Below are positions 36,781-49,635 of a DNA stretch of 64,000 nt, piece by piece (position 1 is the first letter of the stretch; every line of letters begins with the position of its first letter). The notes beneath the pieces are model-generated. The model was given only the letters and a program-made list of their open reading frames with translations. It searched no databases and was not told the DNA's origin. The DNA comes from Podarcis melisellensis. Lineage: Eukaryota. The stretch lies in the NCBI GenBank assembly GCA_964234715.1, contig OZ174275.1; one strand, given 5' to 3'. The translations under genes and the position numbers were made by a program.

Positions 36781-38929
36781 GACTACCTTAGAAGCCTGTG
36801 GAAAAGATAAATAAGAAAAAGGACATAAACAATGCTGAGTGTTAAGTATTGTAAAATGATAGTGTAAAATTGTTTAAATATTTTAAAGTTTTGCTGAACA
36901 AATGAACCTTGGATAAGATTCATCGCCCTCTTTTAATTAAAGTTTTGTTGGTAGCGAGAGCAGCATCCTCCAGACACATCTGTTTGTTTAAACACAGTTG
37001 AGCCACTTTAGAAGCCGATAAAATATGAGACAGATGTGCTCTTCCTTCTCAGCATAGGCTGTACATATTTATAGAATACTGAGTCTGTATAATCATACAA
37101 TTTTCATTCCACTCAATGCCATTAGTTTATTAGCAACAATCTATGTGATTTATGTTTCTCATTTCAGTCTCTCTAACTCCTTCCAAAAAATGTAATACTA
37201 TTGGTTTTTTAGAGGGCCAGCTGATTTTTAGAGCAAGTGAAAGTATCCTAGGGAAGACAGCTGGATTGGTTTGAGCCACTTTACAAAAATAGATTTATGA
37301 ACTATGCCATGCACAGCTTAACAGCACACAGCTCTTATTTGCCTTCTGTGGCTTTTTAGGTCATTGACACAGAGCATGCATGGTGTAGCCACAATCCAGA
37401 AGGACGTAATACATCCCACACCAGAGGCAAATGCTCAGTCATTTAGCAGCCATTCACTTCCAGAAATGTCTGGGGAGCCACACAATGTGACATGCTGTGT
37501 TTTTACTTGCAAGGCATTCCAGGAAATGTGGCTGGTGGGAAGTTGTGAGTAACATAGGGGTAGTGGTAGTAGTAGAGACAATGAAAAACCTTCATAATGC
37601 TAGGTAGTATTAGAGGCAGCACTTTCTCCCCAAATACTAGTCTCATGTCCTGCTTTCCAGCTTTTTGTAGGCCTCTGAGATAACAGACTACATGGGCGTT
37701 TGGCTGCATTCACCAGGGCTCATTTTATTACTTTAAATTTATGTTCCCCACCTCAACATGTTTTTCCCCCAGGGAGGGTCATTTCTCCCCTATCTGCCCA
37801 ACAAATGGTTGACAAAGAAATTTTCAGAATGCTCGGCTCAGCTCTACCCAAAGCATAGTTTGAACACGACAACTTCAGACTAGTCTCTGAACTGGAATGG
37901 AATCCAGCATGGCTTACACTCCCTGGATTGCAGACCCTATTATAAAGGCAAAGAGAAATATTTATAAATAAGTGGTAAAGAAAACTACTTCAAGTACAAC
38001 ATTGAGGCTACAAAATGTACTACAGATGCTTTCATTTCACTCTCTCCCGTTTCAACTTTTCCCTCTCACTTGTCAAAGATAAAGCATTACTGCATCAGAA
38101 GAAAGGGCAAGTTCCTCACAGTGTTACATTACAGACAAGAGATGGGAGCTTCCTCTGTAGCTCCTACTAGAGGGTCGGGAGTCATGAGACCACCCCTATA
38201 AGCTGGTTTCTCTGCTTGAACTTGTGCACTGCGCTTGAAGATAGATAGTGCTTTGATTTTGAGCTGACTGACTTCCAGTTTCTTTACACTGGCAAGGAGT
38301 TTGATCAACATCTACCCATGAGGCTTTCCTAATAATTTGCATGACAGAATATGGCCCCAAAGCTCTCAAGTAATATGCTAGCCAGTCAGCTCGGCTTATC
38401 CTATGCCAAAGTTAACGGCTGAAGATCACATTGATGGACAGAGCTAAAGAAAAGCTGAAGCCTTTGTGTAATTGAAATTTTGGGGTGTGCTGGATCACTT
38501 AAATAAAACCCAATATTGCTTTCATTTCCCAACATTTTTTTTCTTGCTCTCTCCAGAGAAGCCCAACCTGACCTACATAAAAATACTTTCATCTTTAAAG
38601 CACAACGGTGTGCAGTGGTGTAGCATATGTTATCTAACATCTAGCCTGACCAAAAAAAATTGCAGCTGCATCAAAACAAAATTTTGACTCTGTATTGAAC
38701 AGAAAATTTTAGCAGTGTGCCACCAACACTTCATAATTCAAAACTAATCTAAATACCAGGATTGATGAATATTTATAAGGTGACTGTTGAAAAGAAGCAT
38801 AGCATCAGAGATGCTAGATAATGCAGATGTATATTGCCATCTTTTTCCTTAGCAAAGTTTTTCTTCCTTCTTTGTTTCTCATGAGCAAAGGGCATTATTC
38901 CAATTCATGTGTGAAAAAGGTCCAAGTGT

Positions 38930-39150
38930 GGGCCAGTGTGGTGTAATGGTTAGAGTGTTGGACCCATGACCTGGGAGACTAGGGTTCAAATCCCCACTCA
39001 GCCCACTGAACGACCTTAGCCTGATCACCATCTCTCAGCCTAACCTACCGTTAGGTATTGTTGTGAGGATAAATGTGAGCTGAGAGGGGATTTGAACCGC
39101 AGTACACACCACCTTCAGCTCCTTGCAGGAAAAAGTGGTATATAGATGTC
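38930..39150 (+). mobile_element. tRNA-derived squamate SINE (Squam3-like)
   Basis: A box tggtgtaatggttagag, B box ggttcaaatcc, L2-like tail ccttcagctccttgcaggaaaaagtggtatata. Confidence 0.8.
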
Positions 39151-39155
39151 GTAAA

Positions 39156-39551
39156 TGAAGATTTATTGCTCAGGTAAATCTTGGCGTCCAGCACGCCCTG
39201 TCTGCGTAGCTGGGTCCCGGCACTTCAAGGATCACATTCCAAAGCCTCTGAGCAAACGCAGAGATCAGCAGCAGTAAGAGAAAAGCTGCAAAACTCAGTG
39301 CTTTCTTCCAGTGTGCTTAAATAAAGTCCACTCAGGATATTAACAGCTAGAAGCAGTTTTTTATTTACAGCAAACTATCCATTGTCGAACAGCATCGTGA
39401 AAACATGTCCACTCTCATCAAAATCGAAAGTAGAGAGACAGAACAAAGGGTTTAGACTCTCGGATATGACGCAGAATCTCCCCCCCTCCCCACAGCAGGC
39501 AGGGCGTACACTCTGAGCTGTTTAATCCTGTAAGCTCAGGTTCTCCTCACA
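39156..39551 (-). mobile_element. Solo LTR (396 bp)
   Basis: TG...CA termini and 5-bp TSD GTAAA (39151-39155 and 39552-39556). Minus-strand AATAAA near 39360. Retains CpGs relative to flanks. Strand tentative. Confidence 0.7.
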
Positions 39552-42500
39552 GTAAATGCTATGAAAATACTTTTAAGATACATTTATATTAGAGGCCAGC
39601 AACTGGAGACACCTGGGTCAAACACAGCCTACATTGCTATCCTTAAAGGCTAAAGCACAGGTGGCCGTCCTGTGGTACACTGATTTGGCCTAATTTCCTG
39701 AAGATGCCCCATCTTTCTTTCCCATCAGAGTTCCTTCCTTCCTACATCCTCCTTATTTTTCTTGCCTTGTAAAACCCTCTGTAAATTTATTTGACAGTCA
39801 CCACTTCCAGCCTTGTGGAGCTTACTTCTTAGTAAGAACAGAATTGGAAATTGCATGGAAGTGGGAATTCTAATTTGAGATAACCTTGATGAGAATTGAA
39901 ATAGGGCTGTCTTCATTCCATATTAGTTCAGACACAACACTTTTGGCTTTGACTCTATAGCTGCTGCTGCTCATCATCACCTCTGTCTCCCCCAAGTGAC
40001 GTGCAACTCATAACAGCAGGGGTGGGGGAGTTTCCCCACCCTTGGACTGAAGAGGGTGGAGTAAGTAACATTTGTGACAACAGCAGACTAATTTCAATGA
40101 GTTAGTTTGAATTTCTCACTCACATCCCAAAATGGTCCTCCAGGAAAATAGTTGCCACCCAAGTAGTTAGATCATGGTGTACCAAAATTAATGAGCACTG
40201 AGAAACGGCACCACGATTAATATTATATCTGATGTTCCATAAATAACAAAACAGGAGATCTAAAACTGAGCAGGTAGCCAATTAGTAAAGATAGGGCCCT
40301 AAACATATCATTTAGAGTTTCTGGGTGATAGTACATTCCTGGAATACATTAAAGAATTTCCATTCACTTGAAAATCCCTTCACTAGCAGGCATGGGTCTT
40401 TTAAAATTTAGCAGTTGTCAAATGCCACCTAGAATAATATCTTGAAATAGTCTCATTAACCATCCATGGCATGTTGTGCTTTTTTTAATGACATGGAATA
40501 ATGCTTCCTGGAGTCCACAGACTATTTAAAAAGAGGTGTTCTTTAAGACAGTCTTCAGAGCTAGACTAGATTACAGATGTATGACAATCTGATGCATAAG
40601 TGGCTACTAAACGCAATCAAAATTGATTGCATTTATTGCTTCGTAAGTATTGTTGGGATTGTGCTTGTGGTTTATCTGAGGTAAATTATCTCTTTGCCAG
40701 TTTCACCCATGTGCTAGTCTTTAAAGCCCCAAACACTCTGCCTAGGTTGTTCTCAGTGTACGGTATCATTGCTAAAGGCATTTTTTGTTGTCGGCTATGC
40801 TCATATTTTATGTCATTTATTCAAGATGACGGATCAGATTCCACCAGTGCAAAGCACAAAAGCTTTGCAAGGCAGGCACCAGACTGCCAACAGTGTCTGT
40901 GACCTAACGATTCAATGCAAGGAGCTAAAGGAATAGTGACACTGGGAGCTAGACATGAGATTGCCTGATAGGTTGTCAACAAAGAAAAAAAGTCGCTCCA
41001 TGGCCTCACTAGTAAAAAATTTGGAAACTATTGTGCCAATTGCAATGGCCCTGATTATAAACATGCAACTAATTATAAGTAGCATAGTCTGTGATCATCA
41101 TTATTCAGTATGGGTTTTTTGTGATGATTGATGAATTAGTCACAAGCATAATCACTTTAGAAAAGCCCACAGATCTTGCTTCTTTAAAGATCTAAAGTAG
41201 CTTGTATTAGGGACTTGCTGCAATCAGGGCAGACAAGGCCCTGCTCACCTTGCTGTTGCCTCTACCTATAGCTTCTCATGCCCAAGGCAAAGCTTGATAC
41301 TTCCCGAGGGGTACAAGGAAACAGATGGCAAGGCTGTGTGCACAAACAAGGCTCATGAGTGCTCAGACCAAGCCCTGGCTTGGGTAATGCAGCCTCATCA
41401 TCTCCATTTGCTGTGCCACTCTGCAAACAATAACCTTGCTTTCTATGCAGTGTCACAGAATACATGGTGCAGCTTCTGTAGTGCAGCCATTGATGCAACT
41501 GTTTTAAGATCAGGGTGGCAGAAAGGTATAACTTTGTGGAACATTGCAGTGGGTGATGAGCATTCTCCCTGCATGTGATGGGGAACTGAATTAATCTACC
41601 TCACCATGGGCTCCCATGGATCCAGAGCTTGATTAGAGCATATCCACATAACATCCAGTGCTCATGAGCCCAATGAGCTCAATGCTCCCACCCCTAAATC
41701 TGAGAATTAGCCCTATAGTTTGAGCTAATTGCACATTGGATTTTACATGTGTACATTCTACTAAAAACTTAAAGCCACTCATAACTGTACAATATGGTCT
41801 GAAGGAGAACAAGACTCCCTAGTGGCTGAGCTGGGTGTGAAGGTTCAGTATCAGTCCTCATCACTTGTAGGGAGAAGGTAAAGGAATCAGATATTTTTTT
41901 TCTGAGGAAGATCATCTGCAAAATCATCCCTCTCTACCATGTCACTAGATATATTTTTCTTCCACTGAATTGTTTTAACAGCATTTGAGTTCTGAATTTC
42001 TCTTGTACTGTGTAGCAGTGTGTTGAAGCAATTTGTAGTCGCAGTGCAGAAAACAGCCTCCTGCGCTATAATTTTTCCATGCTACGCAAATGATATTTGT
42101 CTTTACAAAACATTTTGCAGACTTATGGCATCAATAGCTTGGAGCATTTATGAATAATAATTAATGTATGATGTATGCATCAAATATATTATTTATGATT
42201 GCATAATTATAGCACACGTTGTAGACAGCTTTGATTACTGTTATTTCTAGTTTATGAAAATGAGGTTATCGTTGGCCTCTAAACATGCAAACAAGAGAAT
42301 TCAAATAACCATAAAATTAGTTGTGTGCAAGTTTTAGTATGTCAAAGAAAAACAGCATACCCGGATCTTAAGTAGAATTTAATGGAAAGAAAGTATGCTG
42401 CAAAACACTGCTTATATAAATAAATAATCAGATATTTAAGCAAAACAATTACAGCAGCCCTGTCACCTATAAATTATTACTTGCACAACAGGGTCTTGTC

Positions 42501-42609
42501 CTCTGCCCAGTAAATGAGATCCATTTGTAGAGGACTTGAAAATGATCTTGGTAACCAATGCCTTTTCCATTAAGAAAGGATGGGATATTTCTCCTTCATA
42601 CATCTCGTT

Positions 42610-42745
42610 CAGGCATAGGCAAACTCAGCCCTCCAGATGTTGTGGGACTACAAGTCCCATCATCCCTAGTTAACAGGACCAGTGGTCAGGGATGATGGGA
42701 ATTGGAGTCCCAAAACAGCTGGAGGGCCAAGTTTGCCTATGCCTG
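42610..42745. mobile_element. Palindromic hAT MITE
   Basis: CAGGCATAGGCAAACT...AGTTTGCCTATGCCTG; decayed 8-bp TSD atctcgtt/gtcttgtt. Confidence 0.9.
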
Positions 42746-42759
42746 GTCTTGTTTCCAGT

Positions 42760-44245
42760 ATGTGGGGATGAGGCGGAGTCCTCCCAAATACCCTCTGAAA
42801 ATGACCCTCCAAGTAGGGCCAGAACCACTGCAAAGCAGTGCCATCCACCCCTAACTCAGACAGCCACTCCAGAAAGATATAATGGTTGATGGTACAGAAA
42901 GCTGCTGGGAGGTTGAGGAGAATTAACAGGGATACATTTCCCCTGTTTTTCTCCCAACAGACGTAATCATACAGGGCAACTAAAGCAGTTTCTGTGCCAA
43001 AACTGGGCCTGAGCCCCAACTGAAATGAATGTGGAAAATCAGTTACCTCCTACAGTGCGTGGATCTAGAGTGTGTGGATCTGGTCCATGATCACCCACTC
43101 AAGAACTTTCCCAAAGAAGAGGATGTTGTCAAATGGCCCATTGTTACTTAGATTTTCCAAAACCAGGGAGGGTTTCTTGAGGACTGCTTTTATTGCTGAC
43201 TCCTTCAAGCAGGCAGGGACCATACCCTCTTCTAGGGAGGCATTAATCACCTCCCTGACCCAGCCAGCTATACCCTCCCTGATGGTTTTTATCAGCCAAG
43301 AGAGTCAAGGGTCTAGAGCAGGCATGGCCAAACTTGGGCCTCCAGATGTTTTGGGACTACAAGTCCCATCACCCCTAGTTAACAGGACCAGTGGTCAGGG
43401 ATGATGGGAATTGGAGTCCCAAAACAGCTGGAGGGCCAAGTTTGGCCATGCCTGGTCTAGAGCACAAGAGGTCATCCTAACCGATCCAAGCACCTTGTCC
43501 ACATCCTCAAGCCTTACTAACTGAAACTTATTCAACAGGACTTGGCAGAATAAAGATCCCAGTGGATGCAAGCATTATATCCTCCAAATGCTTTGCAAAC
43601 AAGTCACAGCAAGCTACCGTCAGTTCTGCCACCACCTGGAAAATCTCTGCAGGATGGCACAATGAGGATGCCTTCACTGCCACTAGGTTTGATGGCATTC
43701 AAACTGAGTTTTCCTCCACCTGTGTTTGTTCTGTCTCCCAGCTTGTTTTCTTGCCCTAAGCTCTGGAGTATACCAGGGAGTCAAGCAGGCTCCATTACGT
43801 GGAAGAGACTCTGGGGCGATTGCGTCAAAGGCCTTAGTCGTTCAGATGTTCCAGGTCACAGCCAGGGCTCCGAAAGGAATGCCAGTCATACCAGAAAATC
43901 TCCCAGAGGCGTTTGGAAATCATCAAGGACAGACTATCCTAATAGGTCCCCCGGCTCTGCTGCGGGGAAAAGGTGTTGAAAGCCTAAATATCAACACAGA
44001 GTGATCAGATCATGAGAAGGGACTGATGCCAATATCTCTCACCTCAATATCTCTCACCTTCAGATCACCCTCTTCCTGCTCATTTTAGAAAACAAGGTCC
44101 AGAGTGTGGTCTTCCACATGTATTAGACCGGTGAAATCTTGGGACAGCCTCATGGTCATCATGGTAGCCATGAAATCCTGAGCCACCCCAAAGCCAGTTG
44201 CCTTGGCATGGGTTTTGAAGTCCCCCAAAACCAGCAGTCTGTCTC
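42760..44245 (-). mobile_element. Degraded L2-clade LINE ORF2 (AP endonuclease and reverse transcriptase), internally deleted
   Basis: Minus-strand peptides RLLVLGDFKTHA...HTLDLVF and S*SDH (APE), APWYTPELRA, TSCALDP, INASLEEG..P..LKE..IKAVLKKPSL, LRPSFGTETAL...LLILLNLPAAFCTINH...LQWF..YL (RT); many stops and frameshifts. Confidence 0.92.
43319..43454. mobile_element. Palindromic hAT MITE nested in L2
   Basis: CAGGCATGGCCAAACTT...AAGTTTGGCCATGCCTG; perfect TSD GTCTAGAG (43311-43318 and 43455-43462). Confidence 0.93.
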
Positions 44246-45084
44246 TGAGACTGAGGGAAAGTTTCACAGCTGTTTCACAAACAATGCTGTCTACCTTTTG
44301 ACTGCAGTTCATAGGTCTATAACAGTTACAGGATAATGAGCAGAAGACTTTTTACCTAGCATGCTGATGAAGGGAGAACAGTTTCACCTGCATAATTTTG
44401 ACTCTTAAAGAAAAAATGGCAGCCCTATGTAGTGCAGTCGACTTGTTCAAACATTACTTTGGACTTAGCTGAAGTAATATATACAGTATGTTCTTTATAC
44501 GAGCAAAATAATTGCAAAAGCCCTTTATATACAGAACGTTGTGGGCTCTCCTGCCTTTAGTACTTGGGGGATGTGATTTCAAGATTATTGTCATTTTGCC
44601 AAGAACCAACCCTATTTTGAAAATGGAACAGGATTGTTTCCCTCTATATCACTGTATTTCCAACTGTATCTCGGCCTGCATAAAGTTGTGGCTCATTCCA
44701 TTGGCCTCTGTCACACCTCCAGTGACATAATTTTCTCCTCTTCCCTTTTCTCTGCAAATCCCTCAACAGCTGCAGCTACAGCATGTATAATTGCACATAC
44801 AGGCAGCATTACCAGTTGCACTTTGAATCATCCTTATGATTGCTCTGTTTTAGAGGAAGCACACATGTGATTTACAAGTCCCACAGAAAAGAAAAGATGA
44901 TCAACACAACACCAATAGATATTGGTGCAAAAGTCGCTTTGACCCACAATGGCCACTCTCAGTATTTTGGCCATTTCATTTGCACATGCTGAACTAGTGC
45001 ACTGCTGCTTTATTGAAGGAAATTTCTGCTTTGAGTATTATAGCCAGAGAAACAAGTTTTAGAGATAACAAACAACCTTTTTGT

Positions 45085-45242
45085 TTTTTATTACATCTGT
45101 ATTCTGCCTTTCTTCCACCATTGAGCCCAATGCATCATGCACATGACTGCCAAACAATCACCCATTCAAGCACTGACCAGACCCAGACTTGCTTAGCTTC
45201 ACCAAGTTCGTGGACTTGTGTGCCCTCAATCCATACCCTGGA
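45085..45242 (-). mobile_element. 5S rRNA-derived SINE (SINE3) with L2-like tail
   Basis: Minus strand gaagctaagcaagtctgggtctggtcagtgcttgaatggg resembles 5S box A/IE/box C; tail ggaagaaaggcagaatacagatgtaataaa. Confidence 0.72.
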
Positions 45243-45583
45243 ACTCAACCTTATCCCTTTTGATGAAAAGGATATGTTACCCAGGGGTCATGGATGACAC
45301 TGTGGGCAGGCAGAATAGGTTTTGTAACAATTTAACTAGGAAATACATGCAGCAAACTGTTGACGAGACCATTTCCTAGATAAACTAGGAATATAGCTGA
45401 ACATGGCATCACCTAACTGCTTAATATTCCAAGAGGTTTGTAGCGTTCTTCCCCGCCATCAAACACTTCTTTTTCTCTTTGACATGCCATAGTGCCTCCT
45501 TTAGTATGCTCTGTCATTGATCATCAGTGAATAGGCCCTAACCTGCAAGAGGTCACATCGCCCTAACTTCAATTTGTTGCAGT

Positions 45584-45621
45584 CATTAAAGGGTTTTTAA
45601 GACATTAAAGGGTTTTTAAGA
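45584..45621. repeat. 19-bp perfect tandem duplication
   Basis: cattaaagggtttttaaga twice. Confidence 0.9.
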
Positions 45622-47096
45622 GAAGACAAGCATACTAAGAAGGAAGGGAAAACAATGGGCATAAATGGCAAAAAAATGCTTTAAAATATGAGTCCCTGCT
45701 GCAAATCGAACTAAAGGTTACTCCTGTATTTAAAAGCACGGAAAACTATTATCCCGAAGTTTCTTAAGCCAAGGTTGACATACTCTGCTGACAGTACTAA
45801 AACTGCCAACTGTTCATTTCTCCAGCCATAGTGTGTCCCTGCTGTGTCTTTGGGGTTTTTTGTTTAGCTTCTTATCAACAGATATGGGCCACTTATATTG
45901 CCAGTTGCAGACAAAAGGTGGCATGCCTGGCTTCATATGTTCTTATGGTGGCCAATTTTTGGATAAAATTGGCAGAGGCAAGAGAAATAATTTGAAAATA
46001 GGAATTTTGTTTTCCACAGAACAACTGAGTGTGCCCATTTGCTTGAATGTTTGGCGGTGCAGGAGTGTCCTGTGCCCTCTCTTTTAAAATTGTGCCTCTT
46101 ACTCTGTGATTCATTACTAAGGCCAGCCACAAAGAACTGTTTTTGTCACTACCAGAAGATTGCTTAAGTATCCATTATTCTTCTGTGTCTTGTGGAAAGA
46201 AGGATGTAATGTAAAACAATTGAGTGACGCTTTGTGCCTTTAGTGACCTTTGAAATGTGTTATTGCTTAGTAACATAGTCCATGGTGGAATTTACTACAA
46301 TTATGAGCAGCAACACCCCAAGCCCACAACATACCTAGTTTAACCATGCATGGTGGAAGCTTTATGGCTCATGAAGCAAAGCACAAAATTAATCCCTTCA
46401 GAACAAACGCAGTATGAAAAGTACATAATGAAGCAATTAGCTAAAAGTAGGAGGGGCAGAAAGAATGTAATATTAAACAGCTTGTTCCCTTAAGTTCCTT
46501 TTTAACTAAGGATGTCTTGCTGGCATCTATTCAGTAATTGATTATGACTGTAAGATTATTAATGGGTTTTAAAGATCAAAACAAATGGTCTGAAAGTTGT
46601 TTGTTTCTGTTACAGAAGTCAGTGTAGCTTGATAAAAGGGCACTGAATTCCAAATATTTAGAAATAGATTTTACTTAGGAATATTTTCCTAAACATTTAT
46701 ATACCACCTTCCGTCCTGTTTGTTATTTCAGGATAGTGTGCAATCAAAATTTATGTTGCAATAGCAAATACTGTACTAAAACAGCGAATACAACAGCAAT
46801 ATTTATAATAATAATAGGCTGTCCTTTACAGGGTACACTTGTTAGGGTAGATTTCAGTGGGTAGCACCTGCTTCAGTCTCTGCCTAACCCAGATGGATTT
46901 TCTAATTTAGAAAATATGTGCATTGGGGGGGAAACAGTACTGCAATGTTTCTCCCAGTGTAAGCCAAGATGAGCACAGCTGAGCATACTTTACCTATTGG
47001 TAGCTAATGCTGACAGTGGCCACACTACTGGCTCCGCTAATATTTACATTCATCTTTAATTCCCACTCTATCCTTTCAGGGCACTTTACAGTTTTC

Positions 47097-47295
47097 AGCC
47101 GTGTAGTGTAGGACTAGGACCTGGGAGACTAGGGTTCTAGTCCCCATGTGACCATGAAGCTCAGTGTGTGACCTTGGGCCAGTCACAGCCTCTCAGTCTG
47201 ACCTACATCACAGGGTTGTTGCAAGGATGGAATGGAGGAGGGAGAACTGCACACCACCTTGAGCTCCTTGGAGGAGAGTTGGGATATAAATGAAG
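47097..47295 (+). mobile_element. tRNA-derived squamate SINE (Squam3-like)
   Basis: ggactaggacctgggagactagggttctagtcccc...gaccttgggccagtcac...ccttgagctccttggaggagagttgggatataaatg. Confidence 0.8.
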
Positions 47296-49356
47296 TTGTG
47301 TTATTCTGTGTCATTGGCCAATCCAGCCCAAGTCCTGATGTGCTTGACTTGCAGCTGCTCTCCAGGGTTTCGTGCAACGATCTTTCCCTGTCCTGCTACT
47401 TCTATAAACTACACATGCCTGGGACTTTGGGCATACTTTGGGCTCTTTCCTCCTGTATTAATCATCCTTATAGCTCTCTTGTAAGGTACAGCAATGTCGA
47501 CATCCCCATATTACAAGGGAGGCTAGTGACTTGACCAAGGTCAAGTCTGCTTGATGAGCTCATGATTGGTTGGCTGATAATCCTTAAGTCACTATGCTGT
47601 ACTACACTCAAAATCTCATAGAAGCTGTTTTAGTATACACATCATGTATAGCTATTTTAAACTTTTCATCATGTATGTTAAATATAACAAAAGGACAATG
47701 TTTCCCCTTTAAAATGTAAAAGCCCTAAGCGTTTACTTCTATTTTTTTCAGCACGCCGGATGTATTTAGGCCAATATTTGTAAAACATTCATCACATTTT
47801 CAGCAGAGGCTGGGACATTTCCCCTTATAAGTAATTAGATTGGGTTTTGAATCAGCTCTGCACAACCAGCTTCTTCTATCAGCCCTTGTCTTGACAGTTC
47901 CTGCTTAACATTTAAGATTTTAAGTGAATTCACGCTCCTTGAAGCAGTGTAATTAATAAGACTTCAGAAATAGAACAAAGACTGACAGTGTTTAGACAAG
48001 AAAGGGAAGACCAATAGGTTTGATTAATTGGAGTTTACTCAGAAACTGGATAATTGCTGTTTACAAACCATATTAAAGCATGTGTTCAATCAGGCTGGGG
48101 TGAGTGTGTGTTTAAAAAAAACCATATGCAGCTTCATTTTGTAGTTAAATTACGGAATTAATAATGAAATCAAAGAGACTGTGAAGGAGCATCTTAAATG
48201 TCACCTCCTGTTTCTAACTCATTAAAATGTGCAGTTGTTTTTAAATGTAAAGCTCTTTTCCCCCCTTTTAGTCTCATGCCATAGTTGAGCTTTGCACTTT
48301 GTTAGTCTTTAAGGCGTCATCTGTGCTTTAGTGGCAACATAATTCTCAGGCAGCATGTGCTATACCTGCCTGATCCCACCCCCCTTGCGAATGGCCTGAA
48401 AAAATAAAAGAATAATCTAATTCACTAATGAAAAACCAACAGGGTTGTAGGAAGGGCAGGGGAAAAGAAAACCTCTACTGTCATATCTCCCAAGCTGCAA
48501 TTAGTTGGTGATTGTAAAAATGAAGATTGCCTATTTTTTCAGAACAGATATAGCAAAGCTGTTTAAAAGTATAGTGTTTCTACAGTAAAAAATACTGTTT
48601 ATTGGTTATCTTAAAACCAAATTTTCCAATGTGTATCATATTATGACATAGGATATATATTCATACAGAAGAGTCAATTTCTTCAATTCAGTTCCACATT
48701 TTCCCCTCAATGTGTTTGCTCTGTCCAGAGCTCCTTCTGAAACCCGGTAAACTAGGAGAATTTCTAAAACTAATTCCAGAACTATGAAATGTTCCATTTG
48801 CCACAGATTTTTATTCCTTCAGTTCATTTGTATTACTGGGCCACTCCAAGTTGCCAACAAGCGAAGTGTGTTGATAAAATACTGCCCCCCAAAAGAGGGA
48901 CAATTATAAAATCCTGTCTGTCAAACTTAGCCTTGAATTTAGTCTGTGTTGCAGGCTTTGTTTCCAGAGCAGAGCCGATAATGTTTGAAACTAGAAATAT
49001 GTTCCTCAAATTCTTTTTAAGCTTCCCTTATGGTCTGCATGTACTTTTGATTTTGCCAAAGTTTGTGTTCCTTTTCATTCTCTTCATTTGAACCAGACCT
49101 TTTTTTTTGGAAGGAAGCCTTCTTACCTCTACCAGCTTCTTTGACTCTGCTGGAATCCTTTGTTAATCACGCTGACATGTCCTCATGATACATTTCCTGA
49201 TTTGTAGTGTGTGCTCACATCTGGCTCGTGTGTGTGTCTGTGTGTGGCAGCGGCAGTGTTTTATCAAGGTACACACACGTCGATAAAAAGCCACACAAAA
49301 AGAATATTGTTTCAACCACCAGCATAATCAATCAAGATTGCCTTTTTCTGGCCTTC

Positions 49357-49635
49357 AAAATCATAAAATCATTGAGTTAGCTTTCTAGGCCTTCTGGTCT
49401 AACTCCCTGCTCATTGCAGGAATCTCAGAGCTAGAGCATCTCCCCCAACAGTTGTCTGTCCAGTCCAACCTCTGCTTGAAGACCTCCAAGCTGTAATACT
49501 AAACATACTTACTTGGGAATGAGCCCCACTGAAAACTGCAGAATTTATTTCTGAGTAAACTCCCATAGGAGTGTATTGCCAGCAAGGCAGAACCTACCAC
49601 CTGCCTAAGTAATTAGTTTCATTATCAGTGTGCTC
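49357..49635 (-). mobile_element. CR1 3' end interrupted by a short palindromic element (about 49490-49580)
   Basis: aatcataaaatcattgagt...ggtctaactccctgctcattgcaggaatc...cctctgcttgaagacctcc, resuming at aaggcagaacctaccacc. Confidence 0.65.

Noticed and set aside
45150-45205. 5S rRNA gene
   Set aside because: Only a diverged partial match, followed by a LINE-like tail rather than a T-run terminator.
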